NCBI GenBank assembly: GCA_044353885.1
Contig: JBILBC010000001.1
Span: 2,544 to 66,543, forward strand
Length of the DNA stretch: 64,000 nt
Direction: 5' to 3'
Origin: Candidatus Planktophila sp.
GTDB lineage: Bacteria > Actinomycetota > Actinomycetes > Nanopelagicales > Nanopelagicaceae
Shown one piece after another: positions 40,386 through 49,422 of this stretch. How positions within the stretch are numbered: position 1 is the stretch's first letter; each line of letters starts with the position of its first letter. Position numbers and translations under genes: made by a program. The notes beneath the pieces were generated by a model that saw only the letters and a list, made by a program, of their open reading frames with translations, ran no database searches and was not told the origin of the DNA.

Positions 40386-41355
40386 AGCCCTCTATATATC
40401 CAAATCTAAATCAACTCACGATGATCGATTTGTCGAAGCTTTGCGCGAGGTTTTAGAACTGAGAGAAATATACCTAGATAAACCCACCTCGAATCAAGCT
40501 GAATTGATTACAGGTGAGCAAAATCTAATTATCGCAAGCCCACTTTCCACAGGAATAAACAGCATTCCTCAGTCCTCGAATGCCACGATTATAGGCATCT
40601 GTATGGCTTACGAGATAAATGAAGAAGCCAAGGAAAAAAATAAGTTCGATGAGATTTACGAGAACATCAATAGGTGTTCTGCCATTGTATGCGATTGCGA
40701 TTACATTGAAAATGAACTTAGAGGTAGGTTTGCATTTGCAGGCGAGATATTGAAAATCGCCTATGGGTGCGACCAGGAAATTTTTCAGAGCGTCCCTTTT
40801 GAAAATCAGGAAAAATTGCGAATAATCTCGACTCGAAATTGGACACCGATACATTCAAATACAACAAGTATTGAAGCTCTCCGAGAACTCCAAGAGGGCA
40901 CCCTAAAATTTGAAGCTAAGTTTTATGGGGTAGGTATCGAATTTACACAAGAACTTAGAGAAAGCGTGAGTTCAGAATTCTCCGACAAAATTCAATTTCT
41001 AGGTAGATTTGTTCAAGAAGATCTTCCAAGTGCCTTCTCGAAATCAGAGATCTATCTTTCTGCCTCCATTAGCGATGGAACTTCAGTGTCTTTATTGGAA
41101 GCAATGGCAGCTGGGCGTTTATGTATCTGTAGAGATTTTCCATCCAACCGAGAATGGATAAAGAACGGAGTAAACGGATTTCTTTTTACAACACCAAGCG
41201 ACCTGGCAGAGATCTTGACTTCAATTTCCCAGCTCTCATTCGAGGAGAAGTCGCTTATCTCAAATGCTTCAAGAGAGTCAGTTCTTACCCGTGGGAATTG
41301 GGAAATCATGAGAACTAACTTAATCAATTTCATTAAAAACTGGATTAAACAATGA
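40354..41355 (+). CDS. GT4-like glycosyltransferase (GT-B fold)
   Basis: SISDGTSVSLLEAMAAG, NGVNGFLF; N-terminal domain atypical; start uncertain. Confidence 0.75.
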   Translation: MQGSQILAATEALYISKSKSTHDDRFVEALREVLELREIYLDKPTSNQAELITGEQNLIIASPLSTGINSIPQSSNATIIGICMAYEINEEAKEKNKFDEIYENINRCSAIVCDCDYIENELRGRFAFAGEILKIAYGCDQEIFQSVPFENQEKLRIISTRNWTPIHSNTTSIEALRELQEGTLKFEAKFYGVGIEFTQELRESVSSEFSDKIQFLGRFVQEDLPSAFSKSEIYLSASISDGTSVSLLEAMAAGRLCICRDFPSNREWIKNGVNGFLFTTPSDLAEILTSISQLSFEEKSLISNASRESVLTRGNWEIMRTNLINFIKNWIKQ

Positions 41356-42197
41356 GACTACTTGTTTTAGGTTGCGCCCAATTTGGCAAGGGGTATGGGT
41401 TCTACGTGAAGACACCACAAATAAGCAGCGGGGAACTTAGCAAGATTTTAGAATTTGCAGCCTCAAATGATGTAAATGAATTGGATTTAGCTCAAAATTA
41501 CGAAGGGGTTGTCGAAAATCTTGCAGAACAAAGTTCCATCGGCGCATTCCAACTAGGGACAAAAATCAAATACAGTCAGTCAAGCGAACTGGAAATTACC
41601 AATCTATTACGCACTAATCTAAAGGCGTTTGGCGTGGGCTACTTTGAAAGCATTCTTATTCATAACTGGGCACAACTCAACAAGGCGGAAAGAAATCAAG
41701 CGCTTGCGTATCTTTCAAATCTACGAACTGAAGGGATAACAAGAAGCATTGGAATATCTGTTTACGAAACCAAGGAACTTCTTGAATTAGATGCGAAAAT
41801 TGATATCGTGCAGGCGCCCTTAAGTTATTTCAACACAAAATTCCTACACGATGAGAATGCTGTTCAACTAAAAAATCAAGGCGTCATATTTGTTGCGCGA
41901 AGCATTTTCCATCAAGGGACATTACTGAATCCCGACGCTCTACCAACAGAATTCACTGCATTTATAGATGAGTTTGAGGATTTTTGTGCAAGACATAATT
42001 ATTCACACTTGCAGGCGGCGCTTTCTGTCTTCGATACACAATCAGTGTTTTCGAAATTGGTGATAGGAGTAGCGGAATGCAACCAATTTGAACAAATTGT
42101 TAAATGTGAATTTGAAGCCCCTAAATCTCTTCAAGCGGAAATCCCATTGCACTTCCCTGATCAGTTATCAGATCCTAGACAATGGGTTGCTAAATGA
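41352..42197 (+). CDS. Aldo/keto reductase
   Basis: LGCAQFG; catalytic-tetrad-like D(LAQN)Y, TK, LIH; SIGISVY, Q.PLS. Confidence 0.88.
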   Translation: MRLLVLGCAQFGKGYGFYVKTPQISSGELSKILEFAASNDVNELDLAQNYEGVVENLAEQSSIGAFQLGTKIKYSQSSELEITNLLRTNLKAFGVGYFESILIHNWAQLNKAERNQALAYLSNLRTEGITRSIGISVYETKELLELDAKIDIVQAPLSYFNTKFLHDENAVQLKNQGVIFVARSIFHQGTLLNPDALPTEFTAFIDEFEDFCARHNYSHLQAALSVFDTQSVFSKLVIGVAECNQFEQIVKCEFEAPKSLQAEIPLHFPDQLSDPRQWVAK

Positions 42198-42955
42198 AAT
42201 TAGCTATATTGCAGGCTCGCATGTCCTCTACTCGCCTGCCTGGAAAAGTCTTACAAGAAATCAATGGGATGCCGATGATTCATTGGCAACTAAAAAGGAT
42301 TTCAAAGGCAAAGTCTTTGAGCGAAGTTGTCGTGGCGACATCGACAGATATTTCTGACGACCCCTTAGTAGAGTTTCTATCTTCCCAAAAAGTATCTTTT
42401 GTTAGAGGTTCTTTGGATAATGTGAAAGAACGTTTTGATCTAGTATTAGACAAGTTCCCCTCACAGTCGTTTATTCGCTTAACCGGCGACTGCCCTCTGG
42501 TTATGCCAGACCTCATTGATGACTTAGTTCATTCTTTCGACGAAGCTGAAGTTGATTACCTTTCAAATACGATTGACCCGACCTATCCGGATGGGCTAGA
42601 TATCGAGGTTGTCGCGACTAAGGCTTTCAATCAACTCGGGATTGGCGGTTTATCTAGAGCTGAAATGGAGCATGTCACTTACGGCCTGTATTCGAGAGTT
42701 GGCCAGTTCCGAATTCAAAACTTTGCCAACTCCGAAGATTTGAGCCACCTAAGGTGGACTGTTGACTACGAAGAGGATCTTGATTTTGTGCGGCAGGTAT
42801 TTGCACACTTCAAAGGCCGAGAAACCTCTTTTACGTACCCTGAACTCCTAAATTACTTGATAGATAATCCTGAGCTCAAGAGTAGAATCGACGGCAGCAG
42901 GCGCAATGAATCCCTCACCTCAATGCTAAAGGAAGGAGATTCTCTCAATGAGTAG
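42194..42955 (+). CDS. SpsF-like cytidylyltransferase (CTP_transf_3 family)
   Basis: ILQARMSSTRLPGKVL, RGSLDNV..RF, RLTGDCPL, YPDGLDIEV, EHVT, RWTVDYEED. Confidence 0.87.
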   Translation: MKLAILQARMSSTRLPGKVLQEINGMPMIHWQLKRISKAKSLSEVVVATSTDISDDPLVEFLSSQKVSFVRGSLDNVKERFDLVLDKFPSQSFIRLTGDCPLVMPDLIDDLVHSFDEAEVDYLSNTIDPTYPDGLDIEVVATKAFNQLGIGGLSRAEMEHVTYGLYSRVGQFRIQNFANSEDLSHLRWTVDYEEDLDFVRQVFAHFKGRETSFTYPELLNYLIDNPELKSRIDGSRRNESLTSMLKEGDSLNE

Positions 42956-44234
42956 ATACTCTAAATCTGAAAAACAGCTGTTAGCAGCAGAGGCAGTTAT
43001 TCCTTTAGGTTCGCAAACTTTTAGTAAGTCCAGAACTCAGTACCCAGTCGGAATTTCCCCCCTGTTTGCAAAAAAAGCAAAAGGTTCACGGATTCAAGAC
43101 CTCGATGGCAATTGGTATGTAGATCTAGTAAATAGTCTTGCTGCCATCACGATTGGATACGGGGATAGAGAGATAGCCAAAGCTGTTAGAGGGCAACTTT
43201 CCAATGGAATCATTTTTTCACTTCCAGGTACGCTGGAAGAAGAAGTTGCATCTTTGATTGTGGAACTTGTTCCATCTGCAGAGTCGGTTCGGTTTGGAAA
43301 GAATGGGACTGATGCGACATCCGCAGCCGTCAGGCTGTCACGTGCCTATACCGGCCGGGACTTAATTGCCGTCTGTGGTTATCACGGCTGGCAAGACTGG
43401 TACATCGGATCAACCTCACGCGATAAAGGCGTCCCAGATTTAACAAAATCTTTAACAAAAAGCTTCAAATTCAACGATATCTCCAGCCTGAAACAACTAA
43501 TTTCAGAATTTCCACAACAATTTGCTGCTGTTGTTATGGAACCGATGAATCTTAATTACCCCGCTGAAAATTTCTTAGGAGACGTACGAAGAATTTGTAA
43601 CGAAAACGGAATAGTGCTCGTTTTTGACGAAACAATTACTGGATTTAGATTTTCTAGAGGGGGCGCCCAAGAGCTATTTGGAGTTACACCCGACCTGTCT
43701 ACTTTTGGGAAAGGGTTAGCAAACGGCTATCCACTTTCCGCGATTGTAGGTAAGAAAGAAATTATGAAGGAGATGGAGGAAATTTTCTTTTCAGGCACTT
43801 TTGGTGGAGAGCTCCTTTCTCTTGCTGCGGCAAAGGTGGTGCTTGAGAGGCACAAGAGTCAAAATGTCTCATCTGAACTTGATTCCATTGGTAAAAACCT
43901 TAAAGAAAAGGTCGAAGAAATTATTCGGGAATGTGACCTTGAAAATGTTCTCGGCCTTTCAGGACATCCAAGCTGGGTATTCTTAAATTGGTCAGCAGTC
44001 GGAGACTATTCGGTTGAAGAAATAAAGACGTTCTTTATGCAAGAAATGTTCAAGCGTGGAGTCCTTATTCTAAATACCCACAACATCTCACTTGCATTTA
44101 GTAAAAAGGATTTAAAAGTTGTGCTAAAAGCTTATTCTGAAACCTTGCATGCTCTTTCGGAAGCCATTAATTTGCAGAATTTACGTGAAAGACTAGAGGT
44201 TAAGCCTTTGATACCTTTATTTAAGGTTCGGTAA
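42948..44234 (+). CDS. Class III PLP aminotransferase (glutamate-1-semialdehyde aminomutase-like)
   Basis: VRFGKNGTDAT, GYHGWQDW, VFDETITGFR, PLP Lys in STFGKGLANG, SGTFGG. Confidence 0.9.
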   Translation: MSRYSKSEKQLLAAEAVIPLGSQTFSKSRTQYPVGISPLFAKKAKGSRIQDLDGNWYVDLVNSLAAITIGYGDREIAKAVRGQLSNGIIFSLPGTLEEEVASLIVELVPSAESVRFGKNGTDATSAAVRLSRAYTGRDLIAVCGYHGWQDWYIGSTSRDKGVPDLTKSLTKSFKFNDISSLKQLISEFPQQFAAVVMEPMNLNYPAENFLGDVRRICNENGIVLVFDETITGFRFSRGGAQELFGVTPDLSTFGKGLANGYPLSAIVGKKEIMKEMEEIFFSGTFGGELLSLAAAKVVLERHKSQNVSSELDSIGKNLKEKVEEIIRECDLENVLGLSGHPSWVFLNWSAVGDYSVEEIKTFFMQEMFKRGVLILNTHNISLAFSKKDLKVVLKAYSETLHALSEAINLQNLRERLEVKPLIPLFKVR

Positions 44235-44261
44235 GTAACTTAAAGGCACTAGAATTCACAC

Positions 44262-45230
44262 ATGACCCAAGAGACGTGGCTACTTACAGGCGGTGCTGGA
44301 TATATCGGCACACATATTGCCGATGAGTTCATCCGCGCAGGCAAGTCAGTTGTTATCTATGACTCGCTCTATCAGGGCCTTGAATCCCGCATCGTCTATC
44401 TACGTGCTAAGCACAAGGTAGAGATCCCATTTATCAAGGGCGATATCCGCGATTACAACGAACTTGAAAGCGTAATCCGCACCCACAAAATTGATGGCAT
44501 CGTCCACACCGCAGCCCTTAAGGCTGTCGGTGAATCAATGGAGAAGTCAGATGAGTATTTCCAAGTAAATTTAGAGGCAACAACAGAACTGATTGCCATT
44601 GCAAAGCGCAACAATGTAAAGAAATTTATCTTCTCATCAACCGCTGCTGTCTATGGCAGTCCAGATTCAATGGATCCTTGCAAAGAGGATGGACCAAAGG
44701 CTCCAATCTCTCCTTATGGGGATTCTAAGTACCAAGCAGAGTCGGCGGTTACGGCATTTATCAATACAGCCGGTAACCATGGAACATCACTGCGTTTCTT
44801 CAACGTTGTAGGAGCTGCTGCCCCAGAACTACTTGATAACTCAGTGGAGAACTTAGTTCCTATTGTTCTTGGCAAGCTCAATAAAGGTGAAGCACCAACA
44901 ATCTTCGGTACCGATTACCCAACACCTGATGGCACATGTGTCCGTGACTACGTTGATGTTCGCGATATCGCCCGAGCACATCTGGCTGTAGCAGATGCCA
45001 CAACAAAATTGCCTGAGACCATGAATATCGGCACAGGGCGTGGTGCATCAGTGCGAGAGATCATCAAGCTTGTATTGGATGCAACTAAGAAGAGCGATAC
45101 CAAGGTCATTGAGGTAGAGCGCCGTGCAGGAGATCCAGCATTCTTGTGTGCGGATGTAACCCTGGCAAAGAGCGCCATGGGCTTTGAATCTAAGTACTCA
45201 TTGGAAGCCAGCGTCAGAAGCCTCTTTTAG
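44262..45230 (+). CDS. galE: UDP-glucose 4-epimerase
   Basis: TGGAGYIGTH, ALKAVGES, SSTAAVYG, YGDSK, GTDYPTPDGTCVRDY, RRAGD. Confidence 0.92.
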   Translation: MTQETWLLTGGAGYIGTHIADEFIRAGKSVVIYDSLYQGLESRIVYLRAKHKVEIPFIKGDIRDYNELESVIRTHKIDGIVHTAALKAVGESMEKSDEYFQVNLEATTELIAIAKRNNVKKFIFSSTAAVYGSPDSMDPCKEDGPKAPISPYGDSKYQAESAVTAFINTAGNHGTSLRFFNVVGAAAPELLDNSVENLVPIVLGKLNKGEAPTIFGTDYPTPDGTCVRDYVDVRDIARAHLAVADATTKLPETMNIGTGRGASVREIIKLVLDATKKSDTKVIEVERRAGDPAFLCADVTLAKSAMGFESKYSLEASVRSLF

Positions 45231-45259
45231 CCCTTCCTAGGCGTGACAGCTACGCCCGA

Positions 45260-45274
45260 TAGACTCAACCCATG
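45260..45274 (+). repeat. Right copy of the imperfect direct repeat (also the -10 element and ATG of MFS-tmk)
   Basis: TAGACTCAACCCATG, 13/15 identical to 37413-37427. Confidence 0.55.
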
Positions 45275-47410
45275 CCTGCAAGCCTGCCAACCCCTGCTGC
45301 ACCCGCACAGGATGCACGCCGCAGCGTCCTTGCTATCCCAGCCTTTCGCAAGCTCTGGAACTCCATGCTCTTCTCATCCCTTGGTGATTGGCTAGGCCTT
45401 CTTGCAACTACGGCGCTCGCACAGCAACTCTCTGGTGGCTCCTATGCAACTGCAAACTTTGCAATCGCTGGTGTCTTTATTGCACGCCTTCTACCTGCAG
45501 TCTTTCTAGGTCCTATTGCTGGTGTGATCGCAGATCGCTTTGATCGCAGGCGTTTGATGGTCTCAGTAGATGTGATGAGAGCTGGGCTCTATATATCTAT
45601 TCCAATCGTTCACACATATTTCTGGCTCTATACAGCGATGATCTTGGTTGAGTGCCTCACTCTCTTCTGGTCACCGGCTAAAGAGGCATCAGTTCCTAAT
45701 CTTGTCCCAAGGGACAAGTTAGAGAACGCAAATCAAGTCTCACTTCTAGCTGCCTATGGCACAGCGCCTATCGCTGCAATCTTGTTCTCACTGCTCACAC
45801 TTCTCTCAGGAGCAATTGCAGCAGTGAGTCCACTGCTGCCAAGTAACTCTGTCGATATTGCCCTCTATATCAACGCACTCTCATTCCTCTTTGCTGCTTG
45901 GACCATTAGGGGTCTTAAAGAGATACCAAAGGGTGCTGCGTCTAAATCTCATAAAGATGAGAACGTTGGACAATCACTGATTCAGGGGTGGAAAACTGTC
46001 TCTGAATCAAAAATCATCCGAGGATTGATTATCGGTATGGTCGGTGCATTCTCAGCAGCAGGTGCTGTTATTGGCCTTGCTCGCACATTTGTAGGAGACC
46101 TCGGTGGAGGAGATGCTGCATACGGTGTTCTCTTCGGTTCAGTCTTTACGGGACTTGCAATCGGTATTGCATTTGGCCCCAAGATATTTGCGCAGTTCTC
46201 ACGCCGGCGTCTATTTGGTGCTTCCCTTACAACGTCAGGTGTATTCCTAGTCCTGCTTGCACTGATCTCTAACTTAGTTCTCTCTGTTGTCATCGTTGCA
46301 ATTCTTGGAGCCTTTAGCGGAATTGCTTGGGTTACAGGCTTCACCATGCTTGGTATGGAGGTCCATGATGATGTGCGTGGGCGTACCTTTGCCTTCGTGC
46401 AATCACTGATCCGAATTACTTTGGTGGCTGTCCTTGCTATTGCACCCATCATCGCTGCGACAATCGGTGTGCACAGCTATGAATTTGAAAACATTAAGCT
46501 CAACTACAACGGAGCACAGATCACCATGCTCCTTGCAGGTCTTATTGCAGCTCTCATTGGCTCTATCTCTTATCACCAGATGAAAGATCGCCCCACAGTC
46601 TCTCTATGGTCTGACATCTTGGCTGCGATACAAGGTGAGCTAGGTAGCATCACAGGGGCTCCCACACAAGGAATCTTCATCGCATTTGAAGGTGGCGAAG
46701 GAACAGGCAAGTCAACACAATCTAAGTTGTTACAAAAATGGTTAGAGCAAGAAGGTGAGAGTGTTGTTCTCTCACGAGAACCCGGTGGCACAGACCTCGG
46801 AAAAGATTTAAGGAAGATTCTTCTAGGACATGAGACAGGTGCGATATCACCAAGAGCTGAAGCACTTCTCTATGCAGCAGATCGTGCGCACCACGTCTTC
46901 TCAGTTATTCGCCCAGGACTAGCGGAAGGCAAAGTAGTTATCTCTGATCGCTACTTTGATTCATCTGCTGCCTACCAAGGCGCAGGTCGCGTACTTAATC
47001 CATCAGAGGTTGCACGTATCTCACGATGGGCAACGGAGAGTTTGTATCCAACTCTGACAATCCTTATCGATGTTCCTGCAGAGGTGGGCTTAAGTCGACT
47101 TCAATCACGCGATCGCTTAGAGGCAGAACCAACAGAATTCCACGAACGAGTACGTCAAGAGTTTTTGCAAATTGCCATGATGGATCCAGAGCGCTACTTC
47201 GTTGTCGATGGCACACAATCAGTTGAAGAAATCCACACACAAATCATCGCTCGAGTGGCAGAGCTTCCAGCGCTGAAGCGCAATGCAGAAGGACCACAAC
47301 AGAATAAGTTCCTTAAACCAATTCGCATTGCAACACATGCAGTGACAACAACAGTTACAAGAGCGGCAAAGGCAAGCAAGTCAGCGACAACAAAGAAGAA
47401 AAAGAAGTAA
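45272..47410 (+). CDS. tmk: Fused MFS transporter / thymidylate kinase
   Basis: N-terminal ~430 aa MFS (GVIADRFDRRR) in one frame with dTMP kinase motifs FEGGEGTGKST, REPGGT, DRY, DRLE. Confidence 0.93.
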   Translation: MPASLPTPAAPAQDARRSVLAIPAFRKLWNSMLFSSLGDWLGLLATTALAQQLSGGSYATANFAIAGVFIARLLPAVFLGPIAGVIADRFDRRRLMVSVDVMRAGLYISIPIVHTYFWLYTAMILVECLTLFWSPAKEASVPNLVPRDKLENANQVSLLAAYGTAPIAAILFSLLTLLSGAIAAVSPLLPSNSVDIALYINALSFLFAAWTIRGLKEIPKGAASKSHKDENVGQSLIQGWKTVSESKIIRGLIIGMVGAFSAAGAVIGLARTFVGDLGGGDAAYGVLFGSVFTGLAIGIAFGPKIFAQFSRRRLFGASLTTSGVFLVLLALISNLVLSVVIVAILGAFSGIAWVTGFTMLGMEVHDDVRGRTFAFVQSLIRITLVAVLAIAPIIAATIGVHSYEFENIKLNYNGAQITMLLAGLIAALIGSISYHQMKDRPTVSLWSDILAAIQGELGSITGAPTQGIFIAFEGGEGTGKSTQSKLLQKWLEQEGESVVLSREPGGTDLGKDLRKILLGHETGAISPRAEALLYAADRAHHVFSVIRPGLAEGKVVISDRYFDSSAAYQGAGRVLNPSEVARISRWATESLYPTLTILIDVPAEVGLSRLQSRDRLEAEPTEFHERVRQEFLQIAMMDPERYFVVDGTQSVEEIHTQIIARVAELPALKRNAEGPQQNKFLKPIRIATHAVTTTVTRAAKASKSATTKKKKK

Positions 47411-48568
47411 ATGACTTCAGTCTTTGATGACCTTGTAGGTCAAGAACACATCATTGAAATCTTGCAGGGCGCGGTAGCGGCCTCTCGCACAGGCGAGGAA
47501 TCACAGGAAATGACCCACGCATGGGTCTTTACGGGACCTCCTGGGTCGGGTCGTTCCTCAGCTGCAGTTGCTTTCGCCCAATCGCTCATCTGCCCAAACA
47601 ATGGGTGTGGCACATGCTCTGATTGCAACTCGGCCAAAACCAGTGGACATCCAGATGTTGAAATCATTCGCACCGAAGGTTTATCAATCAAAGTAGAAGA
47701 AGTCCGTGAGCTTCTGACCCGTGTTGCATGGGCACCATCAATGGGCGGATGGCGCGTTGTTGTGATGGAAGATGCTGATCGACTTACCGAATCAGCAGCT
47801 AACGCACTTCTTAAGGCAATTGAAGAACCGGGAACTAGAAAAGTTTGGTTGCTTTGCGCACCGACTCTGCACGATGTATTGCCAACGATTCGTTCACGTT
47901 GTCGCCACCTGCAACTTCGCACACCAAGTCTCGAAGCAGTTACAAAAGTTCTCATTAATCGCGACAACATTGCTCCAGGAATGGCTGACTTCGCAGCCCG
48001 TGTGAGCCAAGGCCATATTGGACGGGCAAAATATTTGGCAACAAATGAAAGTGTCCGAAGCAACCGCAAGCTCATCATGCAGTTGCCGCTTCAGCTCGGC
48101 TCACTTGCGGAAGCATTTCAAGCAGCACAAATACTTGTAGATATAGCAACCACAGAAGCCAACTCATCATCAGATGAACGCGATGAAAATGAAGTCGAGA
48201 AACTTCAAGAAGCTTATGGAAAAGGCGCAACGGGCCGCGGGATGGCAACTGGTGGAGCCAAGGCAGTGAAGGAACTTGAGAAAGAACAGAAATCACGCTC
48301 TACCCGATTGGTCCGCGACTCCATAGATGGTGCGCTCCTTGATATCGCCACCTTCTACCGTGATGTCATGATGGCTCAAGCGGGTAAAACCGAATCTATG
48401 ATCAATACCGATATGCGAGAAGAAATTGAAAGATACGCGCTTTCGCACCCAGAGCACTCAACAATCATGAAATTCAACGCACTTATGGAAGCCCGAACCA
48501 ACCTTGCACGTAATGCCGCTCCGTTGGTCACATGCGAAGCGCTTATGTGTCAATTGGCGCGTAAGTAA
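47411..48568 (+). CDS. holB: DNA polymerase III subunit delta'
   Basis: HAWVFTGPPGSGRS, Zn cluster CPNNGCGTCSDC, ANALLKAIEEP, PTIRSRC. Confidence 0.95.
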   Translation: MTSVFDDLVGQEHIIEILQGAVAASRTGEESQEMTHAWVFTGPPGSGRSSAAVAFAQSLICPNNGCGTCSDCNSAKTSGHPDVEIIRTEGLSIKVEEVRELLTRVAWAPSMGGWRVVVMEDADRLTESAANALLKAIEEPGTRKVWLLCAPTLHDVLPTIRSRCRHLQLRTPSLEAVTKVLINRDNIAPGMADFAARVSQGHIGRAKYLATNESVRSNRKLIMQLPLQLGSLAEAFQAAQILVDIATTEANSSSDERDENEVEKLQEAYGKGATGRGMATGGAKAVKELEKEQKSRSTRLVRDSIDGALLDIATFYRDVMMAQAGKTESMINTDMREEIERYALSHPEHSTIMKFNALMEARTNLARNAAPLVTCEALMCQLARK

Positions 48569-48630
48569 CTATCTAAACCAGCACTTGAGGGTGGTCATGA
48601 GCACCCCTTGCTATAAGGCAGAATTCCACC

Positions 48631-49275
48631 ATGCGTCTAGACCATGTTTCTTATGTGACTTCCCACGATCAACTTGCTGACACAGTTCAACGCTTAGGCT
48701 CACGCCTCGGTAGCACTTTCGTTGATGGTGGCATCCACCCACGATTTGGAACACGTAACTTCACAGCATCATTAAAGAACGGTCAGTACATTGAAGTAGT
48801 TTGCCCACTTGATCACCCTGCGACAGAGCAAACTCCGTGGGGTAAGGCAGTTTCAAAGAAAGCCAACGAAGGTGGCGGATGGTTCACTTGGGTTTTTAGC
48901 ACAAAAGACATCGCACCAATTGCAGCCAAGTTCGGCCGCGATGCAACAGAGGGCCACCGGACACGGCCTAATGGCTCAGATTTAAAGTGGAAGCAAATCG
49001 GAGTTAAGGAAATTGCGGATACTCGCGAATTCCCATTCTTCATTCAATGGCTTTCGGCAGATCATCCTTCACAAGATGGAACACCACTTGCGGAGATTGA
49101 GAAGATTGTAATTGCTGATACAGATCAGCTTGCAGATTCTTGGTTCAAAGAAGACATCCTTGCTTCACTGGGCGATGTAAACATCGAGTGGGTAGATCCT
49201 TCAGCTAATGATGGTCAGTCAGGAATCGTTGCGGTGCATCTTTCAACCCCAAGCGGCGTTGTAGTCCTTGACTAA
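48631..49275 (+). CDS. VOC / glyoxalase-like domain protein
   Basis: LDHVSY, GGIHPRFGTRN, YIEVV, PFFIQW. Confidence 0.85.
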   Translation: MRLDHVSYVTSHDQLADTVQRLGSRLGSTFVDGGIHPRFGTRNFTASLKNGQYIEVVCPLDHPATEQTPWGKAVSKKANEGGGWFTWVFSTKDIAPIAAKFGRDATEGHRTRPNGSDLKWKQIGVKEIADTREFPFFIQWLSADHPSQDGTPLAEIEKIVIADTDQLADSWFKEDILASLGDVNIEWVDPSANDGQSGIVAVHLSTPSGVVVLD

Positions 49276-49422
49276 GTCTTAGGCCGAACTGTTTTGTTTT
49301 TTCACAGCCAGAATTAGTCTATTTCTTCATAACAGTAAATCACCGAAACTGTAATTTTGGGGCAACTAGGAGCGCGCGTATTTTCTAGTGCAGAATGTTT
49401 AGCCAATAAAAAAGATATTAAC

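Larger units (their letters stand above)
37428..45259. other. Glycan island 1 (nonulosonate-type cluster plus galE) between topA and MFS-tmk
   Basis: Visible shift to AT-richer codons over 37.4-44.2 kb; interrupts the topA-tmk-holB order common in actinobacteria; no mobility gene. Confidence 0.75.

Noticed and set aside
42948-44234. Calling the class III aminotransferase hemL (heme biosynthesis)
   Set aside because: It is embedded by overlapping codons in a sugar-nucleotide operon with island-like composition, and no hem genes are nearby.
37444-44234. Calling island 1 a standard pseudaminic acid cluster
   Set aside because: PseC, PseH, PseG and a typical PseF are not recognisable; extra reductases are present.
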